DNA from: Candidatus Aenigmatarchaeota archaeon
Lineage (GTDB): Archaea > Aenigmatarchaeota > Aenigmatarchaeia > CG10238-14 > SpSt-28
Reading direction: 5' to 3'
Assembly (NCBI GenBank): GCA_038733315.1
Contig: JAVYPJ010000001.1
Span: forward strand, 171,469-235,468
Length of the DNA: 64,000 nt
Below, piece by piece: positions 36,184 through 45,540 of the stretch (its first letter is position 1; each line of letters starts with the position of its first letter). Under the pieces are notes generated by a model that worked only from the letters and a program-made list of their open reading frames with translations, was not told the DNA's origin and searched no databases. The position numbers and the translations under genes were made by a program.

Positions 36184-37428
36184 ATGGGTTTTGCTAAAAT
36201 AATAATAGGAGATAGTAGAAGGATGGTAGAATTAGAGGACAGTTCTATAGATTTAGTTGTTACTTCCCCACCATATTGGCATATTAAAGATTATGGTGTA
36301 GAAGGACAAATAGGTTATGGTCAGTCTTTGCACGAGTACCTTAAGAGTTTATATTTAGTTTGGAAAGAATGTTTCAGAGTTTTGAAGCCCGGATCTAGGT
36401 TATGTATAAATATAGGAGACCAATTTTTGAGAAGTATAGTCTATGGAAAATATAAAGTAGTACCGCTTCATTCTGAGTTTATAGTACAGTGTGAAAAAAT
36501 AGGGTTTGATTATATGGGTTCTATAATTTGGCAAAAGAAGACAACCATGAATACTACAGGTGGGGCTAACGTTATGGGATCTTATCCTTATCCGCCGAAT
36601 GGTCTTATAGAGATAGATTACGAGTTTATTCTTATTTTTAAAAAACCTGGAAAAAAGATAGCTCCTTCTGAGGAGATAAAAGAGAAATCGAAACTTAGTA
36701 AAGAGGAGTGGAAAGAGTATTTTTCTGGACATTGGTATTTTCCTGGAGAAAGACAAATAGGCCATGAAGCTATGTTTCCGGAAGAACTGCCTAAGCGTTT
36801 AATTAAGATGTTTACCTTTATTGGCGATATAGTTTTAGATCCGTTCCTCGGAAGCGGAACCACGATTAGGGCAGCTTTAAACTTGAATAGAAACGGCATA
36901 GGTTATGAAATAAACGAAAACTTTTTACCGATAATAAAGAAAAAAATAGGTCTAGGGGAAAGTTTACTTACCATAGATAAAAAGATAGAAATAATTAAAA
37001 GAGAGAGGCCAATTGAAATAGAAGAGAGTATAGAATACGTTCCGAATATAAAAGACGCTAAACCTAAGGTCAATCCAAAACTATTTAGATTTGAAAATGA
37101 TAGATTGTACAAGGTCACAAAAATTTTAAGTGAAGATACAATAGAGTTAGATACCGGATTAATAGTGAAACTATTAGGTTTAAAAATATTAAGGAAGGAA
37201 GAGGCTAGAAGCTATCTTGAGAATTTTGTAAAAGGAAAGTATGTTTTTCTCAAGTTCGATCCTTTATATAAACCAGATGATAAAACTGTACAGGCATATG
37301 TTTTTCTGAAAAATAAAATTTTTATAAATAAAGAAATGATTAAAAAAGGGTTAGCTAAGGTGGAAGACCGTAATTTTTTATATAAGGAAAAGTTTTTGAG
37401 TATAATTCAAAATAGTAAAAATGGGTAA
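36184..37428 (+). CDS. DNA methyltransferase, beta-class (N4-cytosine or N6-adenine) with about 150 aa of C-terminal extension
   Basis: Motif IV 'DLVVTSPPYW' near the N-terminus precedes motif I 'DPFLGSGTT' (the beta-class order). ParB-like MTase architecture. Confidence 0.8.
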   Translation: MGFAKIIIGDSRRMVELEDSSIDLVVTSPPYWHIKDYGVEGQIGYGQSLHEYLKSLYLVWKECFRVLKPGSRLCINIGDQFLRSIVYGKYKVVPLHSEFIVQCEKIGFDYMGSIIWQKKTTMNTTGGANVMGSYPYPPNGLIEIDYEFILIFKKPGKKIAPSEEIKEKSKLSKEEWKEYFSGHWYFPGERQIGHEAMFPEELPKRLIKMFTFIGDIVLDPFLGSGTTIRAALNLNRNGIGYEINENFLPIIKKKIGLGESLLTIDKKIEIIKRERPIEIEESIEYVPNIKDAKPKVNPKLFRFENDRLYKVTKILSEDTIELDTGLIVKLLGLKILRKEEARSYLENFVKGKYVFLKFDPLYKPDDKTVQAYVFLKNKIFINKEMIKKGLAKVEDRNFLYKEKFLSIIQNSKNG

Positions 37429-38092
37429 AGAATGGATATTGAATATAGCGAATAGTAGGTGGGGATTAACTAAGAAAAATAAGGTAGGTCCTGTTGCTGC
37501 TTGGATAAGAGAGTGCAGCCCAAAAGACATTTCTGAGTGGGAAAGATTCTATTTAGAAAAGTTAGAACAGTTTTTAAAAAATAAAGGCATTAGTTTAAAG
37601 CCAGAAGAATATTTACAAACCCTGGGGAAAACACTCTATACAAAGATAAGCGAAGTAATGATGGTAGAAATATCTAATGTTAGTGAAGATGATTGTATTG
37701 ATTATATAAGAAACCTAGTAATTAACAGGACATACGAGGGTTATTTAACTGAAAAAGAAACAGTATATGAACAGCTCAAGGAAAAATTGGGAGTAGAAAT
37801 TGTACCAGCTTCTGACGAAATAGATAGGTTGTATAATGTTGATTTTTTGATAAAAGTTAAAGAAAAGTTGATAGGACTACAAATAAAACCAGTTACGTTT
37901 GAGCATGCGCCGGAGTATGCTATTAAATGGAGAGAAGTATATAAAAGTTCACACGAGAAATTTACTAAGAGGTTTGGTGGAAGAGTTTTTATGATATTAT
38001 CAGTTAAGAAGGGTAATAGAAAGGTTATCTATAATCAGGATGTAATAGAGGAGATAAGGAAAGAAATTAAGAGACTAAGTTCAAGCGGATAA
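37421..38092 (+). CDS. candidate cognate type II restriction endonuclease (PD-(D/E)xK-like), translationally coupled to the methyltransferase
   Basis: 8-nt overlap with the MTase gene. 'RLYNVDFLIKVKEKLIGLQIKP' gives a D-x13-QIK pattern compatible with a PD-(D/E)xK active site. No other domain. Confidence 0.3.
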   Translation: MGKEWILNIANSRWGLTKKNKVGPVAAWIRECSPKDISEWERFYLEKLEQFLKNKGISLKPEEYLQTLGKTLYTKISEVMMVEISNVSEDDCIDYIRNLVINRTYEGYLTEKETVYEQLKEKLGVEIVPASDEIDRLYNVDFLIKVKEKLIGLQIKPVTFEHAPEYAIKWREVYKSSHEKFTKRFGGRVFMILSVKKGNRKVIYNQDVIEEIRKEIKRLSSSG

Positions 38093-38139
38093 ATAATTTT
38101 TAAGACTTAATGATAGGACGGTTTTTTATTGAATTCGAA

Positions 38140-38212
38140 TGGGGTCGCTGGGATTTGAACCCAGGTTACTGGCGCCCGAGGCCAGCGTCCTGCCAAGCTA
38201 GACTACGACCCC
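38140..38212 (-). tRNA. tRNA-Pro (anticodon CGG)
   Basis: The reverse complement reads GGGGTCG-TA-GTCT-AGCTTGGC-AGGAC-G-CTGGC-CT-CGG-GC-GCCAG-...-CTGGG-TTCAAAT-CCCAG-CGACCCC-A. Canonical cloverleaf. Confidence 0.85.
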
Positions 38213-38310
38213 ATTTTTAATTTTCTCCATAAAAAGTAAAATTATGATGAAGCCGGTATTATCTGATTAATGATGAAGAAGGTTTCGCCTGATAGTTTTT
38301 TGTCACATCT

Positions 38311-40482
38311 TTATTCTTTAATTTCCTTAGAATAGTCTATTTTTAAATCCTTTAAAATTTTTTGGTTTAGTAAGTTTTCGTCTCCTACAATTTCTTTAAC
38401 TCTCTCTGCTATCTTTGGGCCTAAAATTAATGATAAAGTTGCTAATGGAATTTTCCTTAATTGCTCTACGGTTTTAATTCCATGTCTATATAGCTTTCTT
38501 GCCCTTACTTTTCCTATGCCTTCTATTCTTATCAAAGGTATTAATTCCTCTTTTATTCCGTATTTTGTTCTTATTCTTAGTTTTTTTATTTTTTTGAGAA
38601 TGTTTAGTTTTCCAGTTAGAAGTGATAATTCTTGTAAGCTATATAATATCCAATCAGCGATTTCTAATATTCCTCTTAATTCTCCAGGAGCAACTTTAAA
38701 CTCTTCTAATATTTCATTTTCACTTTTTTCATTAATCCAGGAATCTAAAATCATAGATAGCTTAAAAGTTGGTAAATAAAATTCAAAATCTAAATCAAAT
38801 TCGTTTGGAATTTCTATTAAGAAATTTCCTAGGTTAGAATAATAAAAACTTAATAGTTTTTCATATTCTTTTTCTCTTACGTTAACTAAAAATTTCATTT
38901 CTGTTGTAGATGATATTAGCTGAAATATTAAAATTTCTTTTGTTTTTTCGTCTATTTTTTCTAACCCTTCTAATAATATTTTTGCGCTCAATGGATCTAT
39001 ATACAACTCACTAACTCTTTTTCCAATTCTTGTTGCTTTTAATTCATCATTTTTATTTTCTATAAATTTCCATTTTTCTAAGAGATTAATTATTTCTTCT
39101 GTTTTTGATTCTAAAAATTTTTTATTTTTAGTTTGGAAATAGAAGAAAGAGGTCTTAAGAAATTTTATTAAATCTTTTTTACTCTTAACAAATCCAGAAG
39201 AGATTAATGAAAGGATTTGGGATCTTAGGATTACTTCATTTCCGATTTTTGAAATTATTTCTTCTAATTCTCCAAAAACATATTTTTCTAATAACAGCTT
39301 TGCTTCCGCCTTTGTTTTTGCATATAATAATCCAATACCAAACTTATCGTACGGAACTCTACCCGCTCTTCCTACCATTTGTTTGTATTCTATATTTGAG
39401 ATAAAATTTCTTTTTCCGAGATCAAATCTTTTATAACTAGCTATTATAACACAAAAGCTAGGTAAATTTAATCCCATTGATAGAGTTGTTGTTGAAACTA
39501 GAATTTTTAATTTTTTATTTTTAAATAAATCTTCTATTATTTTTCTTTGCTTGTATAATAATCCTGCATGATGAAATGCTATACCATTTTTAACTAACTC
39601 AGAAAGCTTTTCACATTGCTCTGTTGGATTTTCTAGAACATTCAAAATTTCTTTTGAGTATTGAGATAAGTTCTCTCTTAAATAATTTTTTGTAATTTCG
39701 CTTAATCTTTTTGCTAAATTTTCTGCTTCTTTTCTTGTAGGGCAAAAAATTATTGCTTGTTTATTTTTTTCTAGAATAGTCTTGATTAATCCCTCTATTC
39801 CAGCTTCTTTTAACTTAATTTTTTTGTTGTTATTTAAGTAAATTTTGTTTTCTATTAAAACACCTTCATATAGAGGTATAGGTCTGAAATCAGTTTCGTA
39901 AAAATTTATTTTTAGCCATTCTGCAATTTCTCTCACATTTTTTATTGTTGCACTTAATCCAACTATTTTAATTCCTGGAATTAACTTTTTTATTTTCATT
40001 ATTAAGAACTCTATTGTAGGTCCTCTATGGAAATCGTTTAATAGATGGATTTCATCTAAAACTATTAATCCAACTTGGAAAATCCAATTAGCTTCATGCC
40101 TAATTAAAGAATCTAGTTTTTCATATGTTGTAATAATAATATCATAATAAGCTAGAAAGTTATCTGCACTATCATAATCTCCAACACTAATCGCAACTTT
40201 ATAATTATTAAAAATTTTTTTAAATTCTTCAAACTTTTCGTTTGCTAGCGCAACTAACGGAACGCAATATATAATTTTGTTACCTTTTTCTAATTCTTTT
40301 GCAATCGATAAAACCGCTAATAAAGTTTTTCCGCTATTTGTTGGGGCTGAAATTATATAACTATCGTTTAAAAATCTTAAACATTCTTTTTGATATTCGT
40401 AGAGCTCATTTATTTTTCTCTCTTTTAGCGAAACGATTATAAATTCGCTTATTCCAAAGTTTTTTAATTCTTCTATTTTCAT
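38311..40482 (-). CDS. hel308: Hel308/Hjm (Ski2-like) DNA helicase
   Basis: Walker A 'SAPTNSGKTLLA'. Motif II 'VLDEIHLL'. Motif VI 'GRAGR'. C-terminal HhH/winged-helix region. 723 aa. Confidence 0.85.
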   Translation of the reverse strand: MKIEELKNFGISEFIIVSLKERKINELYEYQKECLRFLNDSYIISAPTNSGKTLLAVLSIAKELEKGNKIIYCVPLVALANEKFEEFKKIFNNYKVAISVGDYDSADNFLAYYDIIITTYEKLDSLIRHEANWIFQVGLIVLDEIHLLNDFHRGPTIEFLIMKIKKLIPGIKIVGLSATIKNVREIAEWLKINFYETDFRPIPLYEGVLIENKIYLNNNKKIKLKEAGIEGLIKTILEKNKQAIIFCPTRKEAENLAKRLSEITKNYLRENLSQYSKEILNVLENPTEQCEKLSELVKNGIAFHHAGLLYKQRKIIEDLFKNKKLKILVSTTTLSMGLNLPSFCVIIASYKRFDLGKRNFISNIEYKQMVGRAGRVPYDKFGIGLLYAKTKAEAKLLLEKYVFGELEEIISKIGNEVILRSQILSLISSGFVKSKKDLIKFLKTSFFYFQTKNKKFLESKTEEIINLLEKWKFIENKNDELKATRIGKRVSELYIDPLSAKILLEGLEKIDEKTKEILIFQLISSTTEMKFLVNVREKEYEKLLSFYYSNLGNFLIEIPNEFDLDFEFYLPTFKLSMILDSWINEKSENEILEEFKVAPGELRGILEIADWILYSLQELSLLTGKLNILKKIKKLRIRTKYGIKEELIPLIRIEGIGKVRARKLYRHGIKTVEQLRKIPLATLSLILGPKIAERVKEIVGDENLLNQKILKDLKIDYSKEIKE

Positions 40483-40486
40483 TAAA

Positions 40487-40900
40487 TTATTCTTGAATTA
40501 ACTCTTTTACAACTTTTGCAAATTCCTCTAAATAGACTCTTTTTTCCTTAAAAACATTATATACAATTTCTAAATCTATTTCTGTATATAGGTGAACTAA
40601 AACATTTCTAAAAGAAGCCAGTTTTTTTAATTCTTCTTTTAATTCTTTTCCTATTATTTTGTTTTCCCATAAGATATCAAATATCTCTTTATACGAAGAA
40701 GGTTCTCTGAATTTTTTTATTTGGATAATATTATTTCCAATATCTATTGATGCTTGAATAGCTTTCAACATACAGTGCATTATCATATTTTGATAGTCTT
40801 CGTTTGATAAAAAATTTTCCTTACATATTTTTTCATACTCTTTCCATTTCTCTATGGATTTTATTAATAATTTTAGATAGACCTCAAGTTTCTCTTTCAT
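40487..40900 (-). CDS. hepT: HEPN-domain toxin (HepT/DUF86-like)
   Basis: 'RNVLVHLY' matches the HEPN Rx4-6H motif. About 137 aa helical protein. 4-nt overlap with the upstream MNT gene. Confidence 0.6.
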   Translation of the reverse strand: MKEKLEVYLKLLIKSIEKWKEYEKICKENFLSNEDYQNMIMHCMLKAIQASIDIGNNIIQIKKFREPSSYKEIFDILWENKIIGKELKEELKKLASFRNVLVHLYTEIDLEIVYNVFKEKRVYLEEFAKVVKELIQE

Positions 40901-41277
40901 ATTTTGTCAAGGTAATATTTTGTGTATTTATCTATTATTGGTTTAAAGTCGAAATATTCGTTTAAAGTTTTTAACCTCTCTTTAAAGAAAGCTTCTTCAT
41001 TAAAAATTATTCTAATCCCTTCTTTTATGGCAAAAAATTTGGTTTGAAGATTAACTCTATTCCAATCTTTCACATCTATTTCGATTTTTATTTCTTTCTC
41101 TATTTCATCTATAATTTCGTCTTTTATTTCTCCTTTTATTAATATATCAATATCTTCAAAATAATTTCTAGTTGCGAAGGAGCCAAATATTATTGCAAAG
41201 TCAATATTATATTTGGAAAGAATTTTCCTAATCGTTTCTACAATTTTTTCCTTTTCAGATAACTTATGATAATTCAT
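40897..41277 (-). CDS. mntA: minimal nucleotidyltransferase antitoxin (MntA-like)
   Basis: 'IIFGSFATRNYFEDIDILI' GS...D.D Pol-beta NTase motif. 126 aa. Confidence 0.65.
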   Translation of the reverse strand: MNYHKLSEKEKIVETIRKILSKYNIDFAIIFGSFATRNYFEDIDILIKGEIKDEIIDEIEKEIKIEIDVKDWNRVNLQTKFFAIKEGIRIIFNEEAFFKERLKTLNEYFDFKPIIDKYTKYYLDKI

Positions 41278-41278
41278 T

Positions 41279-41836
41279 TTAGCTTTCTTTTTCTATTTCG
41301 AAAATTATTTTTAGTTGTTTGTTTGGATTTTTTATTTTTTCTACAATTCTTCTATCTATATCTATCGCTGCTTTATTAGATAAAATCACAGCTGTTCTAT
41401 CGTCTATGAAATCGCTTTTTCTTATTACTATTGATTTGTCGTTAGTTAGTTTTAGGGCTGGTGAACCAAAAGCGTAAAATACTTCTTGCAATTCATCAAC
41501 TATTATAGTTATTTTTACCTTAGCGCCGCTTTTTAGTGCTATTTTAAATTCTTCACTAAAATCGCTAACACTTTTATTAGCTTTTATTCCTATTATACAA
41601 TCTCCTTTTTCAGTTAGAAAATCTTCCTTAGTTATTTCTAAGGTGGATTCGTGGGTGGCTTGTATTTTAGGGTGGCCATATGCTATTACTTCCTCCTTTA
41701 TACTTTCAAAAATTCTAACTATTTGCCATCTGTTTTTTTCTAGCTGAAATATTCCGTAATTTGAATGAAAATATGGGATTCTTTTTTCCTCTAATCTTCT
41801 AATAATTTCAAACCTTTCTTGAAACTTATCTACCAT
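41279..41836 (-). CDS. conserved hypothetical archaeal protein (GHP.I.ATH.ST.E.T motif)
   Basis: 'AYGHPKIQATHESTLEITKEDFLTEKGDCIIGIKA' looks like a conserved uncharacterised archaeal family. No function assignable. Confidence 0.3.
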   Translation of the reverse strand: MVDKFQERFEIIRRLEEKRIPYFHSNYGIFQLEKNRWQIVRIFESIKEEVIAYGHPKIQATHESTLEITKEDFLTEKGDCIIGIKANKSVSDFSEEFKIALKSGAKVKITIIVDELQEVFYAFGSPALKLTNDKSIVIRKSDFIDDRTAVILSNKAAIDIDRRIVEKIKNPNKQLKIIFEIEKES

Positions 41837-41875
41837 AAATTAATTTTTTATTAAAAAAAGAAAAAAGTGTTGGGA

Positions 41876-42169
41876 TTATTCTGCCTTTATTTTTATGTAT
41901 TTGTGTAGGAAAAAGTTATATATAGCTGCTGTTATTATGCCAGATATAAAACCACCTATGAATCCTATTACTATGATTATTATATAGGATGTTATTAAAG
42001 ACGCTGTTGTTATGCCAAAGAGTGTTGAGGTAGCAATTTCTGGTAGTGCGCTGATTATTGAAAGGCTAAGGATTAACATTAAAAGACCGATTATTGCTGT
42101 TATTATTGTTGAGGATATTGCTATTACTAAAGCAAAAGAGATGTAGTCTATTTTTTCTACATCTTTCAT
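41876..42169 (-). CDS. small membrane protein (2-3 TM)
   Basis: Hydropathy only. Confidence 0.3.
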   Translation of the reverse strand: MKDVEKIDYISFALVIAISSTIITAIIGLLMLILSLSIISALPEIATSTLFGITTASLITSYIIIIVIGFIGGFISGIITAAIYNFFLHKYIKIKAE

Positions 42170-42172
42170 AAA

Positions 42173-43006
42173 CTATATTTTCTTTTTAAGATATATTATG
42201 TTGTTTCTACCTCTTTTTTCAACATCTACAATTCCTCTGTTTTTTAGAGAATAAACTATTTTACTTATTTCTGCCTTCGATAGCTGCGTTAATTCTACTA
42301 ACTTTTTTTGGTTTATTGGGTTATTTTTTAGTAAAATTTCTAAAATGTTTTTTTCTTTTGGTTCTAAGATTTTCATTATTTCTAATCTTTGTTTTTCTAG
42401 TTTTGATTTGTAATAAAAATAAACTATTACAATACCAGCTAAAAATATTGTTAGTATAATAGTTATTAAAGAATATGGAAATGGAATAATCCTTTCTACT
42501 TCTTTTATTTTGAATTTTGTTTCGAAAACAGTTATGTTAGAATCTCTAAAATGTAAAATTATTCTTTTTCCATCGCTAGAGGCATTTACTAAGTTTTTAA
42601 TTTTTCCCATTTCTTCTTCTAATACATATCCTATTGGTAAATATACAATTAAGTTAAAGCTTCTAGCGCTAGTTAGAATTTTTAGTTCGTATTCTTTATT
42701 TTCGTTTACTATTTTTTCGGTTTCTACGTAAATTTTATATAGTATAGGTAAATCGTTTTGATTTTTTACTTTACAAATTATTGAGTTTTTTTCAAATATG
42801 TCGCAATTTATTTTTTCTTTTTGATCTACAGTTAAATTAAATAGCTGTTTATTGAATGTTAATATAGTATCTACGCTTTTAGAGATTATTGAGATGTTGT
42901 TTTTTGTTGTAAAGTCTTCGTTTAAATACTGCTCTATTATTATCTCGTTTCCTAAGATTATTGGAATTATTGAGAGGAATATTAGCAGTTTTAATAGGCC
43001 TTTCAT
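42173..43006 (-). CDS. membrane-anchored winged-helix regulator (signal peptide, extracytoplasmic domain, TM helix, cytoplasmic wHTH)
   Basis: N-terminal signal sequence. A TM helix around residue 175 ('IITIILTIFLAGIVIVYFYY'). C-terminal 'NQKKLVELTQLSKAEISKIVYSLKNRGIVDVEKRGRNNIIYL' is a MarR/ArsR-like wHTH. Confidence 0.45.
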   Translation of the reverse strand: MKGLLKLLIFLSIIPIILGNEIIIEQYLNEDFTTKNNISIISKSVDTILTFNKQLFNLTVDQKEKINCDIFEKNSIICKVKNQNDLPILYKIYVETEKIVNENKEYELKILTSARSFNLIVYLPIGYVLEEEMGKIKNLVNASSDGKRIILHFRDSNITVFETKFKIKEVERIIPFPYSLITIILTIFLAGIVIVYFYYKSKLEKQRLEIMKILEPKEKNILEILLKNNPINQKKLVELTQLSKAEISKIVYSLKNRGIVDVEKRGRNNIIYLKKKI

Positions 43007-43202
43007 ATTAAATAAAATAAAAGTAATGTTTTTAAAGCATTGCTTTCTGTTTTTTAATGATAAATAAAAATATTTGTTTTTATTTTGTTTTTTGAAAAAA
43101 TTTAAATTTATAAACTTTTTATAGAAAAAATTTTAATTTTTAAACAATTTTCTAAAAAATTTTTAAATCAATATTTTTGGTTGGAAACAGTTTCCATTAG
43201 TG

Positions 43203-43210
43203 TTTAAATA
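43203..43210 (+). promoter_or_regulatory. TATA-box-like TTTAAATA upstream of the S-layer-like gene
   Basis: Archaeal TATA consensus about 100 nt upstream of the ATG, implying a roughly 75-nt 5' UTR. Confidence 0.35.
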
Positions 43211-43241
43211 GGGTATATAGGGTATTTGATATTATGGAATG

Positions 43242-43278
43242 CCCCTATTAGAGCTAAGTATCGCTATGAAAATAGGGG
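43242..43278 (+). promoter_or_regulatory. 5'-UTR hairpin (CCCCTATT ... AATAGGGG, 8-bp stem with a 21-nt loop) about 30 nt upstream of the S-layer-like start codon
   Basis: Perfect inverted repeat read directly at 43242-43249 and 43271-43278. GC-rich relative to surrounding DNA. Confidence 0.5.
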
Positions 43279-43307
43279 TGTTCCGATAGATGTGCTAAAT
43301 ATAAAAC

Positions 43308-45452
43308 ATGACACTCATAAAAAAACTCGGTGCAATAGCGATTGGAAGCATTTTATTAGCTTCTAGTGTAGTTCCTTTAGCGCAATCAGAATTAACGATT
43401 AAGGATGCTATAGCAAAATTAGGAAGACCAGGAACAGACTTTTGGATAGTTGTTGGAAAAGATAGAGCTCATGTTATAGATACGTTAACAGCAGCAGACA
43501 TAGCCTTAAGATTTGCAGAATTTGCTACAGTCGAGGAGCAAATAGCTGGAACGAAAGAATATACTGTAAAGGGATTAGAAGCTAGATTAATGTTAAATAC
43601 AAATAGCTTAACTTCTGGTGGTCAGCCAGCACTACCAACTGGCGAGTTGGATAATAACGTTTTACCTCAATTAAAAAAAGAATACACTGTTAGAGTTGGA
43701 ACAGATTCTTTAACAGTAAAAGAATTAGTAGAAGTATCTAATACAACAAGTCTAGCTAATAATGTTTATGCAAATTCTACATTAGCGTTAGGATTGAATT
43801 CTGCCCCAGCAACGTATCTAAGCTATTATATAAAAGTCGATGGCAATCTAAGTAATGTAAATGGTGATGCTGGGAGGCTTTTAAAAGTTAGATTGGGAGA
43901 TAACAATTTTGTAATTTCTAAGGTAGAAGATGGTAGTAAGGATAAAGTTACATTATTCGATGGTTTTGGACCTGATTGGTTAAGAGTTGGTGAAGAAAGG
44001 GACATAGGAAATACTGGATATAAACTAACATTGACGGATGTTATGGGTTTTGGTGGTGATGTAGTTGCGATTGGTAAAATAACAGATAAATCTTCTGGCA
44101 GGGAATACCCATTTAACGTACAGATATCTGGTGGATCTCCCATTCCAGAGATTATTGAGATTAGTGATGACGTATCATTTAAGATAGTTTTATTAAGTGG
44201 AGTAGGATTTGGAGATCAGAAAACAGCTAGAATTGTAGTGGGTCAGGAAAAAGTAGTAGCTGATGGAGATAAATACGATGAAATATTTAAATGGAAGGTA
44301 GATTACAGTTCAAATACGTTAAAGTTCGGTTTTGATTTAAAGCCAGAAAATACAACGTATGTTGATGTAGGAAAGTCTATTAAATTACCAGGAAGCAAAA
44401 TATCCTTATCAAACTTAGGATTAACACTAACTGATAAGGATTATTTAGCTACTATAAACGTTAAACTGATAGATATAGATACAACAAAGGTAAACGCGAC
44501 CAGCTGTTTTTCCAGTGCTAAGGACATCGGCTTAGAAATTTCGAACGTACCGATTTATAGTGGTGGAGGGATTTATAATAATGTATACGTTTTGTTTAAA
44601 GCTAATAACACCAACTTAGATGCAAAAATAGCATATATAGATAGCAGTAGTGGAGAATATAAGTGCTTCAGTAGTAGTGACCAACTAACTTTAGGACCAA
44701 CGGATATAATATTACAACCTCAATATAGCTTGACAAGTAATAAATTCCCACTAACCAACAATCTTGAAATAGAAATGGATGATACTAATAAAGTTATATC
44801 GACAGTAGTGGGTACATCTGATTACGGAATGGGTATTAGTTATAATACTGCTAACGTTAATAATACTTGGGTATACACAAAATACGGTCATAAGGTCTTT
44901 GTGTCTAGTGATAGAAAATTAATGAAATTATCCTGGACACCAATACAAGGATACTTAAAAGTTGCATTAGGTGAAGTAACAGAGAAAGTTGTTGGTGGAG
45001 GAACAATTAAAAAACTAGATGTACAGGCATTGCAAGTTCCTGTAGGAAAGTTTGATACAGAAGTTTCAACAGATTCTTCATTAACGAAGAACTTAATAGT
45101 AATAGGAAGTCCAATAGTAAACAGAGTTGCTGCAGCATTATTGAACTTACCATATGGAGAGTTTGAACCAACAAGAGATTACTATGCAAATATAGGAGCA
45201 TATGATCCAGCAACAGATCAAGGTAAAGGATTCATTCAAGCATTTGACAACATATTCAACTCTGGAAAAGTAGCAATATTAGTAGCTGGATGGAGAGGAG
45301 AAGATACTAGATTATCAGGAAGCGTATTGCAATTATACGATAAATTCCTAAGCGACTTGAACAGAAATGCAGTAATAATTGGAGGAACAAGAGAATCACC
45401 AACATTCTTGCCAGCAAAAACACCAGAGACATCAACAGAGGGAGCTGAGTAA
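43308..45452 (+). CDS. large secreted beta-rich surface protein, candidate S-layer protein
   Basis: Signal peptide 'MTLIKKLGAIAIGSILLASSVVPLAQS'. 714 aa rich in T/S/N/G/V with many NxS/T sequons. Visibly higher G/C-ending codon usage than its neighbours. Long structured leader and a strong oligo-T terminator. Confidence 0.5.
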   Translation: MTLIKKLGAIAIGSILLASSVVPLAQSELTIKDAIAKLGRPGTDFWIVVGKDRAHVIDTLTAADIALRFAEFATVEEQIAGTKEYTVKGLEARLMLNTNSLTSGGQPALPTGELDNNVLPQLKKEYTVRVGTDSLTVKELVEVSNTTSLANNVYANSTLALGLNSAPATYLSYYIKVDGNLSNVNGDAGRLLKVRLGDNNFVISKVEDGSKDKVTLFDGFGPDWLRVGEERDIGNTGYKLTLTDVMGFGGDVVAIGKITDKSSGREYPFNVQISGGSPIPEIIEISDDVSFKIVLLSGVGFGDQKTARIVVGQEKVVADGDKYDEIFKWKVDYSSNTLKFGFDLKPENTTYVDVGKSIKLPGSKISLSNLGLTLTDKDYLATINVKLIDIDTTKVNATSCFSSAKDIGLEISNVPIYSGGGIYNNVYVLFKANNTNLDAKIAYIDSSSGEYKCFSSSDQLTLGPTDIILQPQYSLTSNKFPLTNNLEIEMDDTNKVISTVVGTSDYGMGISYNTANVNNTWVYTKYGHKVFVSSDRKLMKLSWTPIQGYLKVALGEVTEKVVGGGTIKKLDVQALQVPVGKFDTEVSTDSSLTKNLIVIGSPIVNRVAAALLNLPYGEFEPTRDYYANIGAYDPATDQGKGFIQAFDNIFNSGKVAILVAGWRGEDTRLSGSVLQLYDKFLSDLNRNAVIIGGTRESPTFLPAKTPETSTEGAE

Positions 45453-45500
45453 TCTCCCTCTCTTTTTTTCTTTTTTTAATTTATTTTTTTATGCGATGAT
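45453..45500 (+). terminator. oligo-T tract (CTCTTTTTTTCTTTTTTTAATTTATTTTTTT) after the S-layer-like gene
   Basis: Archaeal intrinsic terminators are T-runs. Several T5-7 runs lie directly after the stop codon. Confidence 0.4.
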
Positions 45501-45540
45501 AAAACTGTCCCAGCATGAGCTTTAATGATTAGAGGGGTAG

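Noticed and set aside
43308-45452. Horizontally acquired island (because of the higher GC)
   Set aside because: The composition shift is confined to one ORF and coincides with features of a highly expressed surface protein. Codon bias for expression explains it better than foreign origin.
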